In this document: positions 43,313-53,201 of the stretch, one piece after another
How positions within the stretch are numbered: position 1 is the stretch's first letter
How the letters are laid out: each line of letters starts with the position of its first letter
NCBI GenBank assembly: GCA_964016885.1
Contig: CAXHJY010001065.1
Coordinates: 1-53,201, forward strand
Direction: 5' to 3'
Origin: Eledone cirrhosa
Taxonomy: Eukaryota
Length of the DNA stretch: 53,201 nt
Made by a program: the position numbers and the translations under genes
Notes under the pieces: generated by a model
Seen by the model: the letters and a program-made list of their open reading frames with translations, nothing else
Told to the model about the DNA's origin: nothing
Databases searched by the model: none

Positions 43313-43450
43313 GAAGGCGCATCGCTTAGTGGTTAGAACATTGGGCTTGCAATTGAAAGGTTGTGAGTTCAATTCTCGGACCGGGTGATGTGTTGTTTCC
43401 TTGAGCAAGACACTTTATTTCACGTTGCTCAGTTTACTCACCAAATGAGT
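43313..43450 (+). mobile_element. tRNA-derived SINE 5' part (related to 4910-5110)
   Basis: gaaggcgc...tagtggttag, gagttcaattc and ccttgagcaagacactttatttcacgttgctc. Confidence 0.8.
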
Positions 43451-44424
43451 TGATAGGGAGTGGGGTCCCTATCATTAAAATCACCCAAGACACCTCCAAC
43501 GAGATATACCTTGGAGGAGGCCAGCTAAACCTGCATAGGTGTGAGCTGTCACACACACTCTGTTATTTATGATTTTATATGTTTTTATTTCTTTTTTATG
43601 GTTAAATATTTTTAACAGATCGACGTAAAGTTAAATCAATCGAGAAAACACGAGATTTATATTTTTACCTTTTATAATATTAAGAAAAAACACCGTAACT
43701 TCGAAAAATGACGAGACTCTTACACGACGTAAGTCAAGGTATACCTGTATACATATTTTGGAATTTAGCAGGGTTGACATGGTCTTTTACCCCACCTGGG
43801 AATCGAAACAATACCAGTTATACGGTGGGGAAAAAGCTATTATAATCAAGAGAAAAATACTAGTCATCATACCTCCCTTCCCTGCTAACAATGTTGTTGT
43901 TGTTTCCTTCACGACCTAACAATGTGGTGTGTATAGTTGTGTGCCTATACGTCCGTGTGTGTGTGTGTGAATGTCTGTGTGTGTGTAACTGCATTTATGT
44001 ATGTGTCTCTGAAAGTCTGTGTGTGTGTGTGTGTATATGCATGTCTATGTGTGTGTTTATATGTGTTTCAATGTCTGACTATGTATGTCTGTGTCCATGT
44101 TTGTCAGTGTGCGTGTGTGAGAGAGAGAGTGAGAGAGAGAGAGAGTATGTTTGTGTTGTTCTAGCAATTAAACTTGTATTTGTAAAATAAACTAGAAAAC
44201 ATCACAGTATTACAGCAAACATTGGTAGTATAAACACTAACTGGTTATCAGTAGTTAATATATTAAAAGTAAATATAACTGAATATAACTTTGATAACCA
44301 TCTCCTCAGTTTTTATATACCGCAAAAATACGTGATACTTTCTATATATTTCCACCAAGCGTGAACCTAATATAACTGTAAAATTGCCTCCTGTGTTTTG
44401 TCTGTTTCATTTATTAACTACACC

Positions 44425-44824
44425 CATACACACACTGACTCACTCACACACACATACATACACACACACACACATACACACACACACACACACTCACTCA
44501 CTCACTCACTCACTCACTCACTCACTCACTCACTCACTCACTCACTCACTCACTCACTCACTCACTCACTCACTCACTCACTCACTCACTCACTCACTCA
44601 CTCACACATACACGCACACACACATACACGCACACACACATACACACACACACTCACTCGCTCACTCACTCACTTGCTCACTCACATACACACACACACA
44701 AACATACATACACTCACTCACTCGCTTACTCACACACACACACAAACAAACATACACACACTCACTCACTCACACACACACAAACATACACACACTCACT
44801 CACTCACTCACACAAACATACAAA

Positions 44825-44850
<26 letters not shown>
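44425..44850. repeat. (CACT)n/(CA)n microsatellite
   Basis: Directly visible. Confidence 0.95.
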
Positions 44851-44863
<13 letters not shown>

Positions 44864-45489
44864 ATCAGTTACAACAGTGACATACGCAAATACTTAAGTT
44901 TAGTTGGATTAACACCAACTCATTCAGTCTCATATTTTAATGCATATATATTATATAATTATCATATATTTTATAAATGCATGTATATAATATCATACAC
45001 ATGTATTTATAAATATATATATAAATCATATCATACACAGATACATATGTTTTCTCTTAAGAGAGCATCTAACCAAACAGCCGTAACATTTGTTAGAGTA
45101 ATAACTTTCCTAAGCCTGACACAATATCCTCTACTATATACCTAACCTGTACAGACTGATATGTATCTATATTACACAATAGATGTCATGAACAATAATA
45201 ACCTGAAGTATTCTTATGAATACAACATTGGCAACTTGCCCTCAGTTATAATGGCCATGCAAAACAAGCTTAACGAGCAGAAAACCGTTCGACAGACAGA
45301 GCTGATGCTGTCATATCTGATAATCCGTTATAAGCTTCTCTAATCTGAAATAATTGTATCAAAAACTTTCTGAAATTGATGACCTAGCTGCAAACTTTAA
45401 CCTCTTCTAATCATTATTTCCACTTACAGCAGATTACGAAATATAATGTAAATATTTCAGTTGGTATTTGAGAATGTCCACGATTGCTT

Positions 45490-45795
45490 TTCACACCCCA
45501 CAAGAGGCCAACATGATAGGGGAACGGGTATCCTATCTGACGGTCTTTTGGGCCAACTACGTCCCACAAAGCGCCAGTCTGCTGGGGAAAGTGGTATACT
45601 ATCCGACGGTTTTTTTAGGCCAATTATTTAACCCAGGCAGTTAGCCTGCCGGTGGAGGAGGAAGTATACTATCAGCTAATAATTCAGGCCAATTATTTCC
45701 CACGAGAGGGCAGCCTTCTGGGAGAAGACGTATACTATCCGGTGGTTATTTAGGAAAATTACTTCACACAAGAGGTCAAACTGCCGGGGAAGCGC
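45490..45795. repeat. Degenerate tandem repeat of about 65-68 bp, 4-5 copies (gtatactatccgacggt...ggccaatta...ctg.gg)
   Basis: gtatactatc recurs at about 45528, 45595, 45664 and 45730. Confidence 0.7.
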
Positions 45796-47710
45796 CAAAA
45801 GCGTCATCGCTTTTCTAGGGACAAGAAACAGGATTTGAACTCAGAATGCTCAAATCCGGATCAGACACAACAAAGCACTCCACCAATCCACTACCCTTCG
45901 ATCAGTACTTTATCTATCGACACAGAAAGATTGAAAAGTAAAGTCCACCTGGATGGGATTTGAACACATAGTGCAGAGGACTAGAACAAATACCGAGGCA
46001 TTTAATACGACGCTCTACTAGAGATAAACACAATAAATAAGAAATATTTTTGGAACTTAGATAAACACAATCCCCAAACCTTCCATTCATCTAGTTTGGT
46101 GTAACATATTTGTTTTACTTTTATTTTGTCTTCGAATAATCTTAATTTTTCCAGAAAGTTTGATAAATTTCGAAAAAATTCGAAATCTGTACTTTAAAAT
46201 ACTGTGTTGTACCAGCTGAGCCTAGTGGATTAGATCACACACATAATTGATATATTGTTGAACTAATATTAACTGAGATAAACTACGTTTATAGAAAATA
46301 TCCCAAAGGAAAAAAAAAATCAAATGAAAAAAAAAAAGCTGTCGCTCAGACAGACACAGCTGTCTTTGTACGAAATAAAACACTGACAAGCGTAGGCTTG
46401 TTTTCGATGACGTAAAATGATGAATTTGATACGGCGATAGATAGATATTTTCCAAAACTAAATTCACATATTTCTAGATATAACTTTTCCTGAACAGTTT
46501 TGATTATAAATTTTACCCTCTTATTTCGGCAATGACTAAGAAGTACAAACCAGTAAAGTGGGTCTAAATTAGAGTAGCGGCGGCCATTTTGAATTTACGT
46601 CATCGAACAACATAGATTTTTATAGCCTTCATTGCACAGTTTGTAGACACAGTCAATGAATACAGTCCCGATGTAAGCAAGAAATGTTTTATTCGTTTTT
46701 AAATATCCGCTTTAATTATATACCTAATTGTTTTCTTTTATGTATTCAATGTGAGCAATGAATAGTTCAATAACGAATAAATAAAGTATTTAATCATCTA
46801 GTTCACACTGTTGCTTTGTTCAGCGCCGCATCTTAATGTAAAGGTTTCGAATTCGTTTCAAAGACTATCAACGGTTTTGATACAGTATTTTTTTTTTTTT
46901 GCTTAAATTAAAATTTTTAAAAAAGTCTTCAAACTTGAACTCTGCTCAACTGGGGCTGGGTGTTAATATCAGTTAAAATAAACACACACACACACACACA
47001 AACAAAGCAGCAACAACAACAATAGCTATTTAAGCAAGCCCATCCCATCTGGGAGACAGTCAGCTTGTCAATTTGACTAGACAGAGACTGAAAAAAAAAG
47101 TAATTATATGTTTTGTTCGTTAGTAAAGCAAACAACAAACAAAAATACGAAGACTTTATGTGTTACAATAAAATAAAATAAAGAACTAAATGAAGAAGAG
47201 CTTTATTCTGTTGTAATGGGAAATATGACGTCATGTCTGTTACACTGACCGCACAACACTGAATCTAAGCGGAAATGTCTAAATAATTGTTTCTACTTTT
47301 GGCACAAGGCCAGCAATTATCCCAGTGTATTGCTGGTACTTTGTTTTATCGACCCCGTAAGGATGAAAAGCAAAGTTAACCTCGGGGTCCTGACTCTTTT
47401 CTTATATATATATATATATAGCCAAATATATACTAGATCTATGCCTCAATCAGCATTTTATCTACTTTACAAGGGTATATCAACATATATTACCAGAGAT
47501 GTTTGTACACGTGAGTTGAGGACAGTTTGGCTGCCATTTCTAGCATGTCACGTGAACAGCCATTGTGAGGAGCAGGGTGAAAGAGTGGTGTGTGATATGG
47601 GGAGGTATGACTATCTAAAATTGAAAGACGGACTAAGAGAGGAAAAGGGACAGGTATAGAGACACACAGACTAAACGAAAGGAAGAAATATATATATTTA
47701 TCTCATTCTT

Positions 47711-47746
47711 TCTTCTGATGAAGGACTAGCGTCCGAAACGTTAAGA
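47711..47746 (+). ncRNA. Minimal type I hammerhead ribozyme (Penelope-type, palindromic helix III)
   Basis: TCTT CTGATGA a GGAC-tagc-GTCC GAAAC GT T AAGA. Confidence 0.8.
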
Positions 47747-47833
47747 CCCTCTTCCTGCTATATCAAGCGTTAACCTAATATATACCTTCCATATACTGTA
47801 CCAATTGTGTTGTTATTTCTGTTTACCTTTTAC

Positions 47834-47884
<51 letters not shown>

Positions 47885-47885
47885 T

Positions 47886-48182
47886 AACGAAGGAATTGTG
47901 GTAAGGAACCAGGTGGACCATAACGCACCAGAGTACTCAATACTTAGGGTAGTAGAGTGGGTAATAGGAAAAAGTATGACCCCGACGGCAGAGCTCAAGC
48001 CGTTTCAACGGGTATTTCAGGACTAAATTAGAATTTTTAGCCTGGTAAATAAATAGCCGAACTTGTCAAGGGGTACTTCCTTATATGGGAAGATTGTAGT
48101 TGTCAAGAGGATTGGTCAAAATTTGTTGTAAACACAAAAACACGAAACGGCTTGAGCTCTGCCGTCGGGGTCATACTTTTTC
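47886..48182 (-). mobile_element. Longest family A copy, extending upstream across the whole hammerhead
   Basis: Tail and motif at 47886-47945, extra internal sequence at 48025-48142, short inverted arm at 48143-48182. Confidence 0.75.
47979..48074 (-). ncRNA. Hammerhead ribozyme of family A, U3-A8 core variant, long stem II
   Basis: Minus strand reads ACCCC TTGACAA GttCGGCTATTT...AAATA(C/G)CCGt(T/C) GAAACGGC-ttgagctct-GCCGT C GGGGT. Confidence 0.7.
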
Positions 48183-48368
48183 ATATATATATATAGAGAG
48201 AGAGAGAGAGAATTGTCTAAGTAGGGTATATAAGCCGCCCCCAACCCCTTTAATAGAAGATAAATGGTCATTAGCAGGAGTGTGACTGGAACCCATACCT
48301 TTAAGTTTGCCAGGCTGATATGAGAGAGAGAAAGGGAGTTAGAGAGAGTCTGGGTTTGAGACGTACTT

Positions 48369-48399
<31 letters not shown>

Positions 48400-48505
48400 C
48401 TAATGGACAGACAGACAGGACGATAGGCAGACAGGACGTGAGTGGGAACAATGACGTAGAGAAACACTTTGAGACTGATTGATTGAATGAGAGCGAGAGA
48501 GAGAG

Positions 48506-48631
<126 letters not shown>

Positions 48632-48633
48632 TG

Positions 48634-48664
<31 letters not shown>

Positions 48665-48676
48665 GAGAGAGAGAGG

Positions 48677-48818
48677 TGGCTAAGTGAGGACTCTATTGTT
48701 ACAGCCTGATCTGAGGGTGTGAGTACACAGGTGAAACTCCCAGAGTAACAACACTCTCATCATTTAACCATAATAAAGAACTTCGGTATTAAGTACTCAC
48801 TCTCATGTCCTTCAACAT
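48677..48818 (+). mobile_element. Family E fold-back element (older), with hammerhead 3' half
   Basis: Diverged inverted arm tgg.taa.tga...ttgttac / gtaacaa...tcatttaacca; CCTG..CAGGt GAAACTC-cca-GAGT A ACAA; motif variant GTATTAAGTAC at 48786; flanked by (GA)n and (CA)n. Confidence 0.55.
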
Positions 48819-48849
48819 CACACACACACATACACACACACACACACAT

Positions 48850-48882
<33 letters not shown>

Positions 48883-48910
48883 CATATATTATATATATAT
48901 TATATATATT

Positions 48911-48944
<34 letters not shown>

Positions 48945-48972
48945 TTATATATATATATATATTATATATATT

Positions 48973-49006
<34 letters not shown>

Positions 49007-49007
49007 T

Positions 49008-49041
<34 letters not shown>

Positions 49042-49071
49042 TTATATATATTTATATATATTATATATATT

Positions 49072-49102
<31 letters not shown>

Positions 49103-49139
49103 ATATATATTTATATATATTATATATATAATATTACAT

Positions 49140-49195
<56 letters not shown>

Positions 49196-49373
49196 TATAT
49201 ATATTTTCTATACCTTTCATTTATATATATATATATATATTTGTTGAGTGCTTTATATCAGTTATAAAAAATATTTGCTTGTTGTATCCCAACAAATTAA
49301 ATAGAACTTTTACATATATATATATTATATATATATTTATAATTATTTTATATACATATATATTATATATATA

Positions 49374-49427
<54 letters not shown>

Positions 49428-49429
<2 letters not shown>

Positions 49430-49622
49430 CGAAGGAAATGTGGTAAGCAACCACATGGACCGTAACGCACCAGAGTACTCAATACTTAGGATAGTAGAGT
49501 GGGTAATAGGAAAAAGTATGACCCCGACGGCAGAGCTCAAGCCGTTTCGACAGCTATTTCTGGAGTCCAGAAATAGCCGTCGAAACGGCTTGAGCTCTGC
49601 CGTCGGGGTCATACTTTTTCCT
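49428..49622 (-). mobile_element. Family A fold-back element
   Basis: Near-perfect inverted arms of about 57 bp with a 2-4 nt loop, plus tail. Confidence 0.8.
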
Positions 49623-49739
49623 ATATATATATATATATACATATATTCAGGTTTGAGGTTGACCACTGGATAGAGCTGGTCAATTCCGTGTGGTCAATCT
49701 TAATGTAATAATATGGAGAGTACTCAACGTATATGTATG

Positions 49740-49770
<31 letters not shown>

Positions 49771-49798
49771 GGGGTGAGAGAGGGGGTGAGAGAGAGGG

Positions 49799-49836
<38 letters not shown>

Positions 49837-50164
49837 GAGGGGAGAGAGAACGGTTAAGTATGAACGAGGAGTGAGGGAGTAAGTTAGTTGAGGTAAACTG
49901 AATTATTTGCTGCATTTGAAAGCCGCCCTTCATATATATGTTGAAGCCCCCACAGCGATATATACTGATTCGGAATAGCGGTCTGCCGGATTACAGACAC
50001 ACAGACAGACGTGCACAAGATGGAGGATTTCATTAAAAAAAAAATTTTTAATTTAAAAAAAAATTTTTTTTTAACATTTTATTTCAATTATCTATCTATT
50101 CATTTAGTTATTTATTTTTAACTTGGCTTGGCTTGTTGGTCGGGTGACATGGTTAAAAAGTGGA

Positions 50165-50191
50165 GACAGATAGATAGATAGATAGATAGAG

Positions 50192-50260
<69 letters not shown>

Positions 50261-50261
50261 G

Positions 50262-50294
<33 letters not shown>

Positions 50295-50441
50295 CATATA
50301 TAGATAGAGAGAGAGAGTGAGACATATATAGATAGAGCGATAGATAGATAGAGAGAGAGAGAGACATATATAGATAGAGAGAGAGAGTGAGACATATATA
50401 GATAGAGCGATAGATAGATAGATAGAGAGAGAGAGAGATAG

Positions 50442-50490
<49 letters not shown>

Positions 50491-50497
50491 GATAGAT

Positions 50498-50578
<81 letters not shown>

Positions 50579-50631
50579 CATATATAGATAGATAGAGAGA
50601 GAGAGTGAGACATATATAGATAGAGCGATAG

Positions 50632-50698
<67 letters not shown>

Positions 50699-50710
50699 GA
50701 TAGATAGAGA
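50165..50710. repeat. (GATA)n/(GA)n compound microsatellite
   Basis: Directly visible. Confidence 0.95.
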
Positions 50711-50884
50711 AAGGGTGAGAGAGAGGGTGAGAGGATGGAGGGGGAGGGGCGGGTAGCCGGTACTTGAGTAGGTAGGTAGTAAGCTTTATTTTACTATAGC
50801 CTTCTACTGTATTTATACTTTAACTATTACTATACTATACTATACATATATTCTGCCGAAATATGACCCGATCTAGCTGAGAAA

Positions 50885-50995
50885 TGTTACTACTGCTACT
50901 ACTACTACAACTATTATTAACACTACACCACCACCACTACTACTACTACCACTAACAACACCACCATCACTACTATTATTATTACTATTACTAAC

Positions 50996-51026
<31 letters not shown>

Positions 51027-51038
51027 ACATCACCACTT

Positions 51039-51081
<43 letters not shown>

Positions 51082-51120
51082 AACTACCACTGTTACTACT
51101 ACTACTACTACTCCTACTAC
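50885..51120. repeat. (ACT)n/(ACC)n trinucleotide repeat
   Basis: Directly visible. Confidence 0.9.
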
Positions 51121-51364
51121 CACAACCAGACGTTGAGCTACGGCCATGCTGGAGTGCCATTTGATGGGGTTTTAGTTGAGCATATAGTAATTATTTTAAT
51201 TTTTTTAAAAGTTTATTACCTATTTCGTCGATCTTTATTTGTCGAACTGCTAAGTTACACGAGATGAACAGCACCGGTTGTTAAGCGTTGTAGACACCAA
51301 CGCACACACACACACACAAATATATATATATATATAAATACACACACATACATACACGCACACA

Positions 51365-51408
<44 letters not shown>

Positions 51409-51420
51409 CACACACACCTC

Positions 51421-51530
51421 CCGAATGAAACAGTTCTAGTCCTGTAGAAGCTTTTCTATATTAAATATTTATACTCTGTTTTGTATTGAGTACCTTACTT
51501 ACTGTGGTTACCCCGATTGAACCCGGGATA
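51421..51530 (+). mobile_element. Family B terminus, truncated inside hammerhead stem II
   Basis: cgaatGAAACAGttctagtcCTGTAgaa...GTATTGAGTAC...gaacccgggata. Confidence 0.75.
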
Positions 51531-51551
51531 AACTTATATATATATATATAT

Positions 51552-51700
51552 AACGAAGGAATTGTGGTAAGGAACCAGATGGACCATAACGCACCAGAGT
51601 ACTCAATACTTAGGGTAGTAGAGTGGGAAATAGGAAAAAGTATGACCCCGACGGCAGAGCTCAAGCTGTTTCGACGTAGTCGGGGGTCATACTTTTTCCT
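51552..51700 (-). mobile_element. Family A fold-back element with a short inverted arm
   Basis: Tail, motif and gtcgggggtcatactttttcct. Confidence 0.75.
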
Positions 51701-51874
51701 ATATATATATATATATACGACGGGCTTCCACACAGATTGTCTGCTCCTAAACAGTGGCCCACAATAGGCCACTTTAGAAGGAGCCACGCCGTGAGACCGA
51801 ACCCGAAACCCGAATTTAGTTGTAAAGTGAACACCTTAATCACACAATCACCTTTTCCATATTTGTTCTGGTTC

Positions 51875-52860
51875 TTTATGTTCTGAGTTCGAATCCCGTC
51901 GAGGTCAACTTCGCCTTTCATCCTTACGGAGGTCGATTAAATAGAGTACCAGTTAAATGTTAGGGTCTATATATTCGGCTTTTATCTATCTACCCCCACA
52001 ACACTACTGGCCTCGTGCTTAATGTAGAAACCACGATTATTATAATTGTTTCTACTTTTGCACAAGGCCAGCAATTATTCCAGTGTATTACTGGTACTTT
52101 ATTTTATCGACCCCCGTAAGGATGCGAGACAAAGTGAACCTCGGCGGGAGTTCAACTCACGCCGTAAAGGGCTGTTACTCTATGCTGCAAACCATGGCGT
52201 CCGACCCTCTACTGATACTGCCAATCCGCAGATGAATTGGTAGAGGCGGTAGAGCATCGAATATAATTTGTTTGTGTTATTTGTTCCCGCTATTCCTTTG
52301 TTCTGAGTTCAAATCCCATCGTAAGTCAACGTTTGTCTTTCGTCCTTCCACCCGTCAAGTACTGGGGTGTGGGAACCCATGAATATACTGCCTCGTGGTC
52401 CCACCAGAAATAGTGGGGTTTATGTAATCAACCCATCACCACCTCCTACAAATTTCTGGCCTTGTGCTTAAATCAGAAACCCTTATTATTGTGAGGATTG
52501 CCAGTATCGGTAGAGGGTCGGACGCCATGCTTTGACGCATGGAGTTACGGCCCTTGCCATTCTGAGTTCAAGTCCAGCCGAGGTTAACTTTGCCTTTCAT
52601 CCTTACGGGGTCGATGAAATAAAGTACCAGTAATACACTGGTATAATTGCTGGCCTTGTGCCAAAAGTAGAAACAATTATTGTGAGTGATGAGTTGGCAG
52701 AAATGTCAGAAGGTCGGACAAAGTGTTTTAAGTATTTCGCTGCAGTTCTTTACATTCCCAGTTCAAATCCTGGCAAGGTCAACTTTTTTTTGTTATCCCA
52801 CCAATGTTGTTAAAATACCTGTTATGTCCTCAGGTAAACTTAACCTTCCCAAAATATCTG
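51875..52860. mobile_element. Cluster of five Nin/Deu-domain SINE copies (+ 51875-52040, - 52044-52229, + 52235-52490, + 52494-52681, + 52693-52860)
   Basis: Repeated B box (ga/ca)gttc(a/g)aatcc, gcctttcatcc domain and ctggccttgtgc tail. Further partial or diverged copies lie at about 26955, 34520-35145, 38500, 45830-46020 and 47285-47386. Confidence 0.8.
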
Positions 52861-53201
52861 GATGTTTTTTTTTTAAAATGACAGTCAACTTATCTGTCTG
52901 TCTGTCTATGTGTGTGTGTGGCGTGTGTGTGTGTGTGTTTCTATCCGTATGTGTGTGTCTATCTGTGTGTGTGTGTGTGTCTGTATGTGTGTCTGTCTGT
53001 GTGTGTCTGTCTGTATGTATGTGTGTCTGTCTGTATATGTGTGTGTGTGTGTCTGTATGTCTATGTGTAGTGTGTGTGTGTGTGTCTATCCATGTGTGTG
53101 TATGTATGTATGTCTATGTGTGTCTGTGTCTGTCTGTCTGTCTCTGTGACTCTATACAGTCATGTGACAGTCAACCTGTCTGTCTGTCTCTATAATCCCC
53201 T

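Larger units (their letters stand above)
51130..51855 (-). mobile_element. Old tRNA SINE with an internal microsatellite, split by later insertions
   Basis: Body cggccatgctggag...ctgctaagttac...ggttgttaagcg at 51130-51295. Head part atacgacgggcttc...gaacccgaaacc at 51716-51855, with a minus-strand B box GGTTCGGTCTC. Confidence 0.55.

Overview
This is eukaryotic, very AT-rich, microsatellite-saturated non-coding DNA. The repeat repertoire (tRNA-headed SINEs with Nin/Deu-type and Meta/CORE-like domains, R4/Dong and CR1 LINE relics, huge (TA)n tracts) points to a cephalopod (Octopus-like) intron or intergenic region; that assignment is inference. Almost every ORF in the track is a translation of simple repeats, and no intact protein-coding gene is recognisable, only weak exon candidates. 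The main structure is a set of about 20 short insertions (80-300 bp) in (TA)n/(CA)n tracts, from at least 6-7 sequence families. Several families share one architecture: an inverted (fold-back) arm, a type I hammerhead ribozyme (complete or 3' half), a conserved GTATTGAGTAC mini-hairpin and a short tail. This fits termini (pseudo-LTRs) of microsatellite-targeting Penelope-like retroelements. Nine complete or near-complete hammerhead folds can be read by eye, including one with a compensatory U3-A8 core and a long stem II. The window also holds a 3.3-kb 43-bp satellite with higher-order structure, four abutting minisatellites (53/41/34/39 bp), and Tc1/mariner-type and piggyBac-type MITEs. Coordinates were counted by eye and element boundaries may be off by a few bases.
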